From: Octopus vulgaris
Lineage: Eukaryota
Length of the DNA: 64,000 bases
Assembly (NCBI GenBank): GCA_951406725.2
Contig: OX597818.1
Location: forward strand, 64,046,001-64,110,000
Reading direction: 5' to 3'
Both the position numbers and the translations under genes were made by a program. The notes beneath the pieces are model-generated. The model had not been told where the DNA came from. It ran no database searches and was given only the letters and a program-made list of their open reading frames with translations. Below, in pieces: positions 44,010 through 56,365 of the stretch (positions within the stretch are counted from its first letter, which is position 1; the number at the start of each line of letters is the position of its first letter).

Positions 44010-44276
44010 GATGTTCCCTGGGAGCCTCTCTCCAAAAAACGAATTTAATCCAACAACATCGTTACAATGGAAGAAAGGTTCCACAAAATATCTTTTCCAA
44101 ATTTTCTTTTAAGGCAAAGTAACTAAAAAGTCCGAACTATTATTGCCATATATAGTATGGTTTTCTTTCTTTTATGCACAATATTTCCATGTGACATGCA
44201 TAAGAAATAGAAGCGAACATCAGGGCTCTTGAAAGACAGTAAGTACATAAATTGATTAATTAATTAATTAATTAAA

Positions 44277-44375
44277 TAAGTATACATGCAACTGTTTATG
44301 CATACACGTACACATTTTAATTATAAAGTATACATGCAACTGTTTGTGCATACATGTACACATTTTAATTATAAA
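44277..44375. repeat. 48-bp tandem duplication in the retrotransposon 5' UTR
   Basis: AAGTATACATGCAACTGTTT(A/G)TGCATACA(C/T)GTACACATTTTAATTATA occurs twice. Confidence 0.9.
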
Positions 44376-44527
44376 GCATAAATAATGCATACACGCGCTC
44401 ACACGTACACACAGAAAGAAAAACCACGTTACGCGGACGAAAACAAAACAAAAACAAAGCGATTTTTCACGAACAAACGCAAAAAAGAGAAAATTGGTCA
44501 CTGAATTTAGAAAGTCACTACACAGTT

Positions 44528-47500
44528 ATGCCCGGAAACATGACTACCAAAAGAAATAGAGGCGAATTTCGATCTGTAAGTCTTATGCGAGTTCGATATG
44601 AACAATATATTAATTCGGAGAATTCAGAAGCGGTGTTTTGTCAAAAAATTGACCCTGTCACCGTCACAGAAGCGGCGTCTTGTCAAAAAGTTGACTCTGA
44701 AAAAATGGACCCCTCTGATGTCGCCGTCAATCATTTAATGAAAACAAGCCAAAAATCATGCCGGATCGGTCATCGCCCGGGACAACAAGGACCGCGTTAC
44801 CCAGTAGGGAACCAGACTGGGGTCGAAAAGTTTGCTGCTGGAACAAACTCTCAAAAAGACGATCTACCAGGTGACCAGAACCAGAATACTTCTAACTCTG
44901 GACTTGTAGTGATACCACCAAAAACACCACCTAAAGCAAAACGTATAAAATGGACCAGAGAGGACTATAGAGATGTGTTGAAAGCTTTTTATACAGCCCA
45001 ACTAAACCCAAACAATAACCTCAGTGTACAAACATACATCTCATGGAGAAATTCAGTAGGCAATGACGTACGTAGATATATAGACGCAAATAAATTAAGT
45101 AATGTACGCAGAGATATAATTAAAAACAAAAGACTAACTGACGCTGAAATTGACAAAATTAGGACACTAATAGCTCATGGTAGACCAAAAGAAAACAGCA
45201 ACAATGTAGACGAAATAGGTAATAGTAGCACAGAAGCCAGTGTACAAGCGGCAAATCAACTTCCCAATGGGGAAGTTAAACAAAGAATAGCGAAGACGAG
45301 AGATTTGAAAAAAGAGGAGAACGTAGACCTTCCTCAAGAAAACCAAAATAGATATGACATAGAATTTGAGGTGAATAATAGAGAAAAGATTATGGAAGCA
45401 AAAGTGGACATTATGAGAGAACTCGGCAAGATTGAGCTCACTGACATGGTTAATAGAGAACCACTACCAAAGTTTTCAAATGGCACAAGAAATAACAACA
45501 CAATCATGACATATAACGTTGCCCTAGGACAGATCGTAAGAAATAAGGGGAATGATTTGACAACCTTAAATAATCTCATTTATTCCACTGCTAAAGTAGT
45601 AACTACCCAACTAGGTATTAAGATGACAAAGAAAAAGGCCAGGCATGTCAATGAACCTCCTAAGTGGAAAGTAGCGATACAAAAAGAGATTGAATCTCTG
45701 CGGGCGGATGTTTCAGTTCTCGATGAGCTTGCTAGAGGAGTGAATATTAAGCCGAGAAAAGCTAGAAAAATCAAGCAAAAATATAAAATCAAAGATCTCA
45801 TAAACCTCCCTGCAACTAAGGAACTGTTGAAACAACGGATACAGTTGAAAGCTCAACGGCTTAGAAGGTATGACAAAAGAAACAAATTTTATCGACAAAA
45901 TAAATTTTTTAAGACAGATGCAAAGAAATTTTATAGGGAAATTGGCAAAAATAAAATACACATAGAAGATCCACCTAAGATTGAGGAAGTGGAGGAGTTC
46001 TGGAAGAAGGTATGGAGCAACGAAAAAGAGTTTAATGCTGAGGCTGACTGGATAGAACGTGAGAAAGAGAGACTGGATGAACTTGAAGAACAGAAATGGG
46101 AAGCAATAGGAATAGAGGAGCTAAGGTGTGTCCTTAGGAAGGCTCATAAATGGAAAACCCCAGGACTGGATCGGATCCCTAACTTCTGGCTGAATTGTTT
46201 GACAGAGGTACACGAACATCTCGCTGCATCTCTGTCTGATGTCATTCAGAACCCAGAGCAAATACCTGCTTGGCTGACTGAAGGAACCACCTACCTATTA
46301 CCTAAAACCGAAGACACAAAAAACCCAAAGAATTACCGGCCAATAACATGTCTCAACACCACCTACAAAATCCTCACATCCATAATAACGGAGAGAATGT
46401 ACGCTTACCTTGAACAAAATTCTATCCTTCCACAAGCTCAAAAAGGTTGTAAAAGAAACTCTTATGGGTGCAAAGACCAATTGCTCATAAACAGAATGAT
46501 TGTAGAGAATTGCCGGAGCAAAAACAAAAACCTGAGTATGGCATGGATAGACTACAGGAAAGCGTATGACAGTGTCCCACATAAATGGATACTCAAGGCC
46601 CTTGAGATATACAAGATCTCCCCTGTCGTCTCAAAATTCTTAGAGGATAGCATGACCATGTGGAACACACGTCTCTTTCTAAGCCATAGTAATGGGATGA
46701 GCCAGTCCAACAGCATCAACATCAAACGAGGCATCTTTCAAGGTGACTCCCTCTCTCCATTACTTTTTTGCATGGCACTGATCCCACTCTCAAACGAATT
46801 GGATAGTGCCAGATATGGGTACAAAGTTTTTAGCAAGTTAATAAACCACCTTTTTTATATGGACGATCTAAAGCTGTTTGCCAAGAATGACCAAGAGCTA
46901 GAAGGGCTGCTAACAACTGTTAAAGAGTTTAGCAATGATATCGGAATGGATTTTGGCCTTGATAAGTGTGCTAAAGCAACTTTTGTAAGAGGCAAGCTCA
47001 GGCAAACAGCTTCTGTTAAATTAGATATTGACACTACCATCAAGGAACTTGACCCACAAGAAAGCTACAAATACCTAGGAATCAACGAAGGAGATGGTAT
47101 ACATCATGCTACTATGAAGGAAAAAATAAGAAAGGAGTACTATAGGAGAATAAGGCTTGTACTGAAGACTGAACTCAACTCCAAAAATTGCATTGAGGCC
47201 ATTAACACCCTGGCACTTCCAGTAGTCCAGTACAGTTTTAACATCATTAACTGGAACCTTACGGAACTCCAACGCTTGGACAGGAAGACAAGAAAGTTAC
47301 TGACATCCAGGAGCATGCACCACCCTAAGGCAGATGTAGACCGCTTGTACCTACCTAGAAGCAGCGGGGGGAGAGGAATGATGCAATTGGAGCTGTACTA
47401 TAAGACCTCTACTGTAGGAATGAACAGGTACCTATCTAGTACAAAAGACTGGATGCTGCGACTTGTGTGTGAACACGAAAGCAGTAAAAAGCTGCATTCT

Positions 47501-48409
47501 ATTGTCAAGGAAGCTTATAAGTTCGAAAGGGAACTAGGCATTAACCTTGAATCAGGTGAAGAGCCAGAAACCACTGCTACCAAGCAAGCAAAGCGAATCA
47601 GGCAGACTGCAAAAAAGAATGGGCAGAATCAAATTGAGAGGCGGTGGAGCCAGAAGCCCCTGCATGGACAATACATTCTCCGAAGCCAAAATGCTGATGT
47701 AGACCAAGCAACAACCCATCAGTGGCTGAAGAGTTCTGGATTGAAAGCAGAGACTGAAGGCTTCATAATGGCAGCACAAGATCAAAGCTTGTTTACCAGA
47801 AATTACCAGGCTAACGTTCTCCGAAACGGTACTGACCCTAAATGCAGATTCTGTGACACATTTGACGAAACAATAGACCATCTCGTTTCGGAATGTCCTG
47901 TGCTGACACCAAACGAATACAAAAATCGCCACGATAGGGTAGGACAGTATATACATTGGAAGATATGTAAACACTACAAATCCGACACTCCTGCTAACTG
48001 GTATGAACACCATCCTCAGCCAGTTGTTGAAGGTAAAGATGTCACCATCCTCTGGGATTTTCCAGTCAACACTGACAGAACGATCAAGGCTAATCGACCA
48101 GACATAATTGTTAAAGACAGGGAAGAAAATACCTGCAGACTAATAGAAGTAAGCGTCCCCACTGATAAAAATGTATCTGTCAAGGAATTTGACAAACTTA
48201 GTAAATATAAGGACCTGGAAATCGAAATACAGAGGATGTGGAATCTTAAAACAAAAACTGTTCCTGTTATTGTAGGTGCCCTAGGTATGATAAAAAAGGG
48301 ATGTCAGAAACACCTAGACAATATCCCTGGAAAACCATGTCTCAAGGAAATCCAAAAGATTGTGCTAACAAGTACTGCCCACATCCTTAGAAAAACCCTA
48401 TCAATGTAA
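44528..48409 (+). CDS. RT + CCHC zinc knuckle + restriction-like endonuclease (RLE) polyprotein, 1293 aa
   Basis: Myb-like RIKWTREDY; RT motifs KTPGLD, NYRPITCL, IDYRKAYDSV, GIFQGDSLSP, FYMDD, YKYLG; CRFC-x8-H-x4-C; RHD; RPDIIV..IEVSV..KLSKY. Confidence 0.95.
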   Translation: MPGNMTTKRNRGEFRSVSLMRVRYEQYINSENSEAVFCQKIDPVTVTEAASCQKVDSEKMDPSDVAVNHLMKTSQKSCRIGHRPGQQGPRYPVGNQTGVEKFAAGTNSQKDDLPGDQNQNTSNSGLVVIPPKTPPKAKRIKWTREDYRDVLKAFYTAQLNPNNNLSVQTYISWRNSVGNDVRRYIDANKLSNVRRDIIKNKRLTDAEIDKIRTLIAHGRPKENSNNVDEIGNSSTEASVQAANQLPNGEVKQRIAKTRDLKKEENVDLPQENQNRYDIEFEVNNREKIMEAKVDIMRELGKIELTDMVNREPLPKFSNGTRNNNTIMTYNVALGQIVRNKGNDLTTLNNLIYSTAKVVTTQLGIKMTKKKARHVNEPPKWKVAIQKEIESLRADVSVLDELARGVNIKPRKARKIKQKYKIKDLINLPATKELLKQRIQLKAQRLRRYDKRNKFYRQNKFFKTDAKKFYREIGKNKIHIEDPPKIEEVEEFWKKVWSNEKEFNAEADWIEREKERLDELEEQKWEAIGIEELRCVLRKAHKWKTPGLDRIPNFWLNCLTEVHEHLAASLSDVIQNPEQIPAWLTEGTTYLLPKTEDTKNPKNYRPITCLNTTYKILTSIITERMYAYLEQNSILPQAQKGCKRNSYGCKDQLLINRMIVENCRSKNKNLSMAWIDYRKAYDSVPHKWILKALEIYKISPVVSKFLEDSMTMWNTRLFLSHSNGMSQSNSINIKRGIFQGDSLSPLLFCMALIPLSNELDSARYGYKVFSKLINHLFYMDDLKLFAKNDQELEGLLTTVKEFSNDIGMDFGLDKCAKATFVRGKLRQTASVKLDIDTTIKELDPQESYKYLGINEGDGIHHATMKEKIRKEYYRRIRLVLKTELNSKNCIEAINTLALPVVQYSFNIINWNLTELQRLDRKTRKLLTSRSMHHPKADVDRLYLPRSSGGRGMMQLELYYKTSTVGMNRYLSSTKDWMLRLVCEHESSKKLHSIVKEAYKFERELGINLESGEEPETTATKQAKRIRQTAKKNGQNQIERRWSQKPLHGQYILRSQNADVDQATTHQWLKSSGLKAETEGFIMAAQDQSLFTRNYQANVLRNGTDPKCRFCDTFDETIDHLVSECPVLTPNEYKNRHDRVGQYIHWKICKHYKSDTPANWYEHHPQPVVEGKDVTILWDFPVNTDRTIKANRPDIIVKDREENTCRLIEVSVPTDKNVSVKEFDKLSKYKDLEIEIQRMWNLKTKTVPVIVGALGMIKKGCQKHLDNIPGKPCLKEIQKIVLTSTAHILRKTLSM

Positions 48410-48557
48410 ATGTTTGTGTTTGTATTACATGGAGATATTTCTCTACTTCCCCTCCCCAAGCTTTCAGCTATATTTCAACAACTCTTAACCTTCACTTGCC
48501 CTAGGGCGCTGGGTGTGCCCCGGCAGGTGATTGCATCAAACATGCAGATTAAAAGTA

Positions 48558-48637
<80 letters not shown>

Positions 48638-49482
48638 TTTATGTGAGTGTGTATCTGTATGTAATTTAGTAAGCAACGCCAGATTCATTTACCTACAACT
48701 ATGTTTTTCTTCGTCTAGCTATTAGTGATAAGTTGCTTACCTATTCGCCCAATATATAATTCCCAGTAGAAAAGACAATAGGGCAACACCGTTAGTGGGA
48801 GAGGTTGTGAAGCTGAAAGGCGAGAGTGAAGTACAGTATTAGAATAAAACAGGGGTCACTATGATAGTAGTACTTTAGAGAACTTAGTATAAGTCAAATC
48901 ACTTGTGAAGATGACGGGAGAAATGATCAGGCAAAACAGAAACAACTGAAAAGTGAAAACAAAGAATTAAAACTGAAACGCTGCGATAGATTGAAAGAGT
49001 TAGATTTGAATAGATGACATCAACTGTTAGGAAACCCTCGTTTTCCGGTCCAAAAGAGCCCAAAAGATACTCTCTTGTGACAACAGAGACATTACGAATG
49101 TCTGACAGTTTTATTCTGATACTATATTTCATTCTCTCTTTTCACCTTCCCAAACGCTCCTATTAACGGCCTCTGTACTAGACTACGACTATGTTGTCCG
49201 GGATACACAAGCGCATTATCAATATATAATTATACATATGTGTACATCTTGTGCATATTCTTTTAATTCTTTTACGTTTCAGTCATTTGAGTGTACCCAA
49301 GATGAAGTTCTACATTTACAATATCCATGTATATCTACATATTGTGCATATAGCTATGCAATATGAAACTAGAAGCATATATATACATATGTATGTATAC
49401 GTACACAAATGCGTGACCGTGTGTGTAGCGTTGGCGATATTTTTCCTCCGTTTTCCCTTCCCTGGATCTTTCCTTTTCCTAT

Positions 49483-49517
49483 GTTTCTGACGAAGAGCTC
49501 CGCTCCGAACGTTAAAC
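49483..49517 (+). ncRNA. Minimal type-I hammerhead, mutated copy, in a short TA-terminated element (about 49420-49625)
   Basis: GTTT|CTGACGA|A|GAGC-TCC-GCTC|CGAA|CG|TT|AAAC. GAAA is altered to CGAA. The downstream CCTGAGCG..TAATAC motif is shared with the 3874 family. Confidence 0.6.
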
Positions 49518-49643
49518 CTTCCTTCTTCTTTTCCTTCCTGAGCGTCCAATAATACTATACTTGTTCCCCGTCCTCGCGTTGTTGTGCTTTCTCTTTGTGT
49601 TTTCATGTTTGGATTAACTTTATAAATATATATGTATGTATGC

Positions 49644-49708
<65 letters not shown>

Positions 49709-49715
49709 TATATAC

Positions 49716-49805
<90 letters not shown>

Positions 49806-49808
<3 letters not shown>

Positions 49809-50273
49809 GGTCCCGGGTTGATTCGGGGTTAACCACAGTAAATAAGGTACTCAATACATAGCAGAGTAAAATTAATTTATTATATAGAAGGAGCTTCTAC
49901 AGGACTAGAATTTCATTCAAGAGAAATCTTCAGGAAGCTAGTTAACATGAATTGTATTTATACATTTAGGAAGGTTTAAAGGGGTGGTGGTGGGGGACTT
50001 TTTGGGGGGTAGGCATAGCGCAAAATATCATACTTGGGGGAGTGGTCAAGGAGTCAGTGGTAAATTAAATAAAAGAATAAATAAAAGAATAAAAAAATAT
50101 ATAAAAGAATAGAGTTTTAGGTAAATAACGAGATTCACACTTATACCTATACACATATGTATACATATATACACACACACATATACATACACACATACAC
50201 ACACACATATACATATATATACACATACATATACATACATATATCTACACATACCCATATACATATATATATC

Positions 50274-50305
<32 letters not shown>

Positions 50306-50617
50306 CATACACACATATACATGCATACACATATACACACATGTATATATACACACACGACCACTCATACATATACACACAAAAAAATATATACATACAC
50401 ACACATCACATACACGCATACACACACATATCCACATACACACATGCACACAAGTCACTTGTGTGTTGTGTGTGCATGTGTGTATGTGGATATGTGTGTG
50501 TATGCGTGTATGTGTATGTGTGTGTATGTATATATTTTTTTTTGTTGTGTGTATATGTATGTGTGGTCGTGTGTGTATATATACATGTGTGTATATGTGT
50601 ATGCATGTATATGTGTG

Positions 50618-50666
<49 letters not shown>

Positions 50667-51031
50667 GTATGTGTAGATATGTGTATGTATATGTATGTGT
50701 ATATATATGTATATGTGTGTGTGTGTGTGTATATATGTATACATATGTGTATAGGTATAAGTGAGAATCTCCTTAATTACCTAAAACTCTATTCTTTTAT
50801 ATATTTTTTTATTCTTTTATTTATTCTTTTATCTAATTTACCACTGACTCCTTGACCACTCCCCCAAGTATGATATTTTGCGATATGCCTACCCCCAAAA
50901 AGTCCCCCACCACCACCCCTTTAAACCTTCCTAAATGTATAAATGCCAATACAATTCTTGTTAACTAGCTTCCTGAAGATTTCTCTTGAATGAAACAGTT
51001 CTAGTCTTGTAGAAGCTCCTTCTATATAATA

Positions 51032-51033
<2 letters not shown>
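49806..51033. mobile_element. 1.2-kb (TA)n-flanked palindromic PLE-type insertion
   Basis: 49876-50455 is inverted at 50458-51033, centre CACAAGTCACTTGTG. Hammerhead motif in each arm. Confidence 0.9.
50967..51017 (+). ncRNA. Type-I hammerhead ribozyme
   Basis: AGCTTC|CTGAAGA|TTTC-TCTT-GAAT|GAAA|CAG-TTCTAGTC-TTG|TA|GAAGCT. The minus-arm copy at 49892-49939 lacks CAG. Confidence 0.75.
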
Positions 51034-51076
<43 letters not shown>

Positions 51077-51590
51077 GTTTACATATGTGCGTAGGTGACA
51101 GTGTATATGTGTGCGTGATATCAGGAAAATTAAAATCAAAGCCCACATCTGATTCCAAACGTATTAATTGCAAATAAATGCATGAAGTTTATCCAGGTTT
51201 TCCTTCGTTCCTGTTGTTTTAATGAAAACCTCTAATGAGCAATGACGTCATCGGAATTGGATGACGAATATCAAAAGCAAATACAATTTGTCATATAAAA
51301 CCGAATGCGGTGAAGTTCTCACCGAAACTGTAAAAGATCGAAGACTTACGAGAGATTAGTAATTGTTCGTTTCTTTCATAAGCAAATTACGCCGCTGCTT
51401 TCATCCTTAGTCCGTTAAATTAAGGGACATCCATCTTGTGCCAAATGAGCAACATATTAAATTTTCCACGAGTCGCTCGTATTTCAAAGAGATAATCAAA
51501 ATATAATATAATTTTTAATATTCAAGTTTTACTCAAGCAGTTAGATATTTAATTAACTATCTATTCATTTAGCTAGTAAATTAACCAAGC

Positions 51591-51609
51591 AGTTAGTTAG
51601 TTAGTAAGC

Positions 51610-51660
<51 letters not shown>

Positions 51661-51672
51661 CTGATTAGTTAG
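51591..51672. repeat. (TTAG)n microsatellite
   Basis: Seen directly. Confidence 0.95.
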
Positions 51673-51789
51673 TGGTTAAGCAAAACTCGTCTAAGACCAC
51701 AGGTCCATAAATTTTCGTCAACTTAATGTATATTATATCAGAGCTTGGCTCGTCTCTTGTTACACACTGTGCATGTTTTACATTTTTAA

Positions 51790-52058
<269 letters not shown>

Positions 52059-52107
52059 ATGCATATACATACATATATATACATACATACATATATATAT
52101 GTATATA

Positions 52108-52159
<52 letters not shown>

Positions 52160-52339
52160 GGCTTAGTAAAATAAATTACTTTGCCACATACTGAACTCAT
52201 TAGAAATAGTAGCTAAAAAATACTTTTTTTAAAACTATTTCTAATTCTTAAAGAAAATCTCTCTCATATAGTGTTTGCTCAATTCAACTCACGAAAGTAT
52301 GGGGGTAAAGACATTAAAAAATCAAATGCAAAGGTTATT

Positions 52340-52392
52340 TGAGAACGTACGTTTCAAGATTAGTCAAACTCGACATTTCTATCATCAGCTCA
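52340..52392 (-). ncRNA. Type-I hammerhead ribozyme (minus arm)
   Basis: Reverse complement of 52813-52865. Confidence 0.75.
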
Positions 52393-52812
52393 GAACTCCT
52401 TGGTTTGGATTTGAAAACACTGAAAGTGGGAGCATACCCTTTCGGCTTCTTATCGCTTCTGAAGATCTGCTCTAAACTAACAGTGCCAGCACACCCAAAA
52501 TATGCAAGCGAAGAATTTCTGCTCTCCCCTTTCCACCAGCGTGGGTTAAAATCAGTAAACACTATGCTTTTTCGGTAAATCCGAAACATTAAATAGAGAG
52601 AGATGAATTATAATTTCAACAATTGAGGGTAAAATTAATTAATTAATTATTAATCAATTTCACCAAGTGTTCAGTATGTAAAGGGACCATTCTTCGCTTG
52701 CATATTTTGGGTGTGCTGGCACTGTTAGTTTCGAGCAGATCTTCAGAAGCGATAAGAAGCCGAAAGGGTATGCTCCCACTTTCAGTGTTTTCAAATCCAA
52801 ACCAAGGAGTTC

Positions 52813-52865
52813 TGAGCTGATGATAGAAATGTCGAGTTTGACTAATCTTGAAACGTACGTTCTCA
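52813..52865 (+). ncRNA. Type-I hammerhead ribozyme
   Basis: TGAG|CTGATGA|TAGAAATGTC-GAGTTT-GACTAATCTT|GAAA|CGTACG|TT|CTCA. Palindromic ACGTACGT stem III. Confidence 0.78.
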
Positions 52866-53152
52866 AATAACCTTTGCATTTGATTTTTTAATGTCTTTAC
52901 CCCCATACTTTCGTGAGTTGAATTGAGCAAACACTATATGAGAGAGATTTTCTTTAAGTATTAGAAATAGTTTTAAAAAAAGTTTTTTTTAGCTACTATT
53001 TCTAATGAGTTCAGTATGTGGCAAAGTAATTTATTTTACTAAGCCCTTTTATATAATGTAATAATTTGAATTCGCCTTAAATGGTCCCTTTACATACTGA
53101 ACACTTGGTGAAATTGATTAATAATTAATTAATTAATTTTACCCTCAATTGT

Positions 53153-53196
<44 letters not shown>

Positions 53197-53409
53197 CGAT
53201 CTACCAATCTGCCATTTTGTATTCCTGTTGTATGTGTCTTTATTTGCGCATGCGTAAATCTCCGGGTGTGTCTTATTTGCGCATACGTATATCCCTGTGT
53301 GTGTTTATGTTTAGTAAATGTGTGTGTGGGATTGTGTATGATACCTGCATTATTAGTATCCCTTGTTTATTCACGTTCGTTTAATGTAATTGTATTTATT
53401 TTATTCAAG

Positions 53410-53650
53410 ACAACGACGTAAGTTGGGGAGTCAGCACGGAGGATAGAAGAGCGGGTAAATGGGCATTGGATGGAAGAGCTCATCGGTTCTATACCAGCAC
53501 GCTGAGCGGGAACACGGGGCTCACTCAACAACATAGAAATTAAAATCTTGTCTACACATTGAACAGGCGCAACGCTTAAACAAATCACGGAAGCTACTCA
53601 CGTAATAGAAGATAAACCTAGCTAAAATAGAAAACTAGAATGGAACATTA
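53410..53650 (+). pseudogene. Decayed GIY-YIG fragment related to the 26089 PLE
   Basis: *VGESARRIEERVNGH..FYQHA..GSLNNIEIKILSTH*TGATLKQITEATHVIEDKPS*NRKLEWN aligns by eye with YIGETSRSINDRFKEH..FYQHA..GSLGELKLNILSTHPTDAMLRQVTEAVCIQEYKPTLNRKSEWN. Confidence 0.8.
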
Positions 53651-54291
53651 GCACCCCAACACAGACACACACCACAACCTATGACAGAATAAGATCGCCA
53701 TAAACTGAAAACAATATAAAACAAGAAACATAAATATATTTTGCAGATCCTATATGTGTGTATAGGTTTTTGCGTGTATATTAATTCTTTATAACTAGTA
53801 TGATTGGAATTATGTCCTTTAGCGTATGCTGAAATATATTGAACTACCGAATACTTCTCAATTTGTTAATGTTATAAGAAAGAAAATAAAAACAATATAA
53901 TTCACGCTAGACATAGGTATATCACTATCATTTCGATATAAATAATTCTTGCCGAAAAAACTTAGTGAAAATTGTAGACACTCTTGTTTTTCTTTCGTTT
54001 TTAAATAAAGACTTATAGTTAGACAGAGACATAGATAAATATAGAGAAATAGCTGTCTGACTGGGCTCCTTCACTTGTAGGTTTTATGGTTTCTATAGTT
54101 ATTCACTCCGGAACTTAATGTATAAGAAAATATTCGTCCTTACCATGAATTGGTACCGTAGTGTGTATATAAGTTTTGAATTCATAAGCACTACCAGGAC
54201 TATCTAAAGAATGGAATATCATAATCTCCTCCAGCGAAATCGGTTTAAAACAAGTGACGCAACATCGGTTTTATCATGGATAAACCATCTA

Positions 54292-54576
54292 TGTTGTTGT
54301 TGTCGGTTGTTCCTTCTAATAAGGGCCGGTTTCCCTGTTTCTTTGGCGTATAGGTTCCCCACATGGACGGGAAACCAATCTGTCGGAGAGGAGCTGCTAA
54401 ATGCAGGGGGAAAGTTGTGGCGAAAGCGTCAGTAGAAGTTCGCCATTACTTTCTGCTTGAGTAACGTAGAACTTAGGAGTTTCGCTCATAAACACACATC
54501 GCCCGGTCTGACGTTCGAACCAGCGAACCCTCCAGCACGTGTCCTCTGCTCTTTCCACTAGACCATGTGCCTCCAC
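54292..54576 (-). mobile_element. tRNA-derived SINE with (CAA)n tail
   Basis: Minus strand TGGTCTAGTGG (A box), GGTTCGAACG (B box), ends in ACAACAACAAC. Confidence 0.75.
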
Positions 54577-55861
54577 TAAAACAGCTACTGCGTCCATACG
54601 TTGTGTGAGCAAAGTGTAGAAGGATGTAGTAGTAAGGCAACTGACAGACTTATGAAGGAAAATCATAATTAAATATTTTCGTTCCTGATTTCTCTGTTAA
54701 AAAATTGAAGAATAACAATTGGCGCAAAGTAAATTACGCTGATTATTTACTAGTTACAAATTGGACAGAACTGGAATTTTAGGTAGAATCATACACATTG
54801 ACATTTTAGTTGAAATTATGGAAAAGGAAATTTTAGTTTGCAACTAAATTTAAATACATTAATTATGACTACAATGAAATAGCTAGTTACGAAAAAACAT
54901 TTTGTGTTTCAGATCAAAGAAACGAAGCATCAAAGGTTAACAAACTTTACAAAGATCAGGAATAAGTATTCTCAATATATTCTTTATGCGTAGTAAATAA
55001 TCAAGTAATATCTGTAGACGGTTGCTCCAAAGAAAGTTGCGTAAATAGTACGGAGTAAACCACAGTTATAAAAATAGTGTTTTATTTGCAAATTGTGACT
55101 GCCACATGGAGCCAAGGCAAATACAGCAAGAAAAATTAGTTATTCTGTATAGACATACATGACCGCATATGCATACATACCTATATGTGCCTGTACATAT
55201 ATATATGCATTTATATAGTTGCAGATACGTATATATACGAATGTCTCTCTCTGTCTCTGTCTCTCTCTATATATATGTATTTATCTATATATGTATGTGT
55301 ATGTTTGTATATATATATAGATATGTATGTATACACGCAAGTGTATATTCGTATGTGTATACATGTTTAAATATCTGTCTCGTTTACTTTTTGCGTAAGT
55401 TTTATCACGACGATCACTTTTCTAAGTAACGCAAACACTTCTGATTTAACTTCACTTGGAGACGAAAATACCCGACGAGGAACATTATCTTTGCTTTCTA
55501 TTATAAGCGCTGTGCTGTATAAGAACAAAAACAGAAACACATACATACGTGTTTACGTAGTCTGCACACACAACATGTGCAAGTACATGCTTATATAATG
55601 TTAAAGTAAAATTATACTGAAGTTGTACAATCTAAGAAACGATGTTCAATGAAAGCTAATTTAGAATAGATTCTTCAACAAAATTAAGATCATATCTACT
55701 TAATTAAGCATTACACACACATGCACACACACACAAACGCACACTCACACTTTTTATTTACATGAAATTAGAATTACCAAATATATGTCTTCGCATCTTT
55801 GTTAAGGAACATTGAAATGACGCACCAACCAAAGTTATGCTTTTATGTACGTTGTATACAA

Positions 55862-55983
<122 letters not shown>

Positions 55984-56049
55984 CTATTGATGTGTTGGTA
56001 GCTGATAATAGCAATATGTCTGATATATTTGAGGTGCAGAAATTGAGAC

Positions 56050-56086
<37 letters not shown>

Positions 56087-56332
56087 TATTTAGGGAAACT
56101 ATTAAGTGGATAACCAAACACTAGTTCTCCACCTAGTGGTTTCCTTAAATATACACATGTAGTGGAATTTTTTTCTGATTTTTCAGATTTTTTATATATG
56201 CTAGGCTACTGGTGTGAAATTGATATTAATTAAATTAATATTCAATTTATCTCCCTCATTGTTTATATATTTATATATATAGTGAGAGCGAGAGAGACAG
56301 AGAGAGACAGAAAGAGAGATAGATAGATACAG

Positions 56333-56365
<33 letters not shown>

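Larger units (their letters stand above)
44009..48557 (+). mobile_element. Apparently full-length R4/Dong-clade non-LTR retrotransposon inserted in (TAA)n
   Basis: Single long ORF, about 520-bp 5' UTR, about 150-bp 3' UTR, (TAA)n at 43967-44008 and 48558-48637. Dong elements are known to target TAA repeats. Confidence 0.9.
52155..53154. mobile_element. (TA)n-flanked compound fold-back PLE-type insertion with two overlapping inverted repeats
   Basis: 52155-52515 is inverted at 52690-53050; 52617-52691 is inverted at 53080-53154. Confidence 0.9.

Noticed and set aside
45334-48013. Minus-strand ORFs inside the Dong element
   Set aside because: Antisense shadows of the long plus-strand ORF with no recognisable motifs.
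51591-51672. Interstitial telomere
   Set aside because: The unit is TTAG, not TTAGGG or TTAGG.
52455-52490. CTGAAGA-TCTGCTC-(G/T)AAA as a second hammerhead
   Set aside because: No stem II between the boxes and no pairable stem I or UH site.
52275-52930. Duplicated ORFs MLNSTHESMG.. and MRTYVSRLV.. on both strands
   Set aside because: A consequence of the inverted repeat. They overlap the hammerhead and show no protein motif.
56090-56262. TA-flanked fragment with GAAA-long hairpin-TT
   Set aside because: No CUGANGA box or stem II found; at best a truncated element end.
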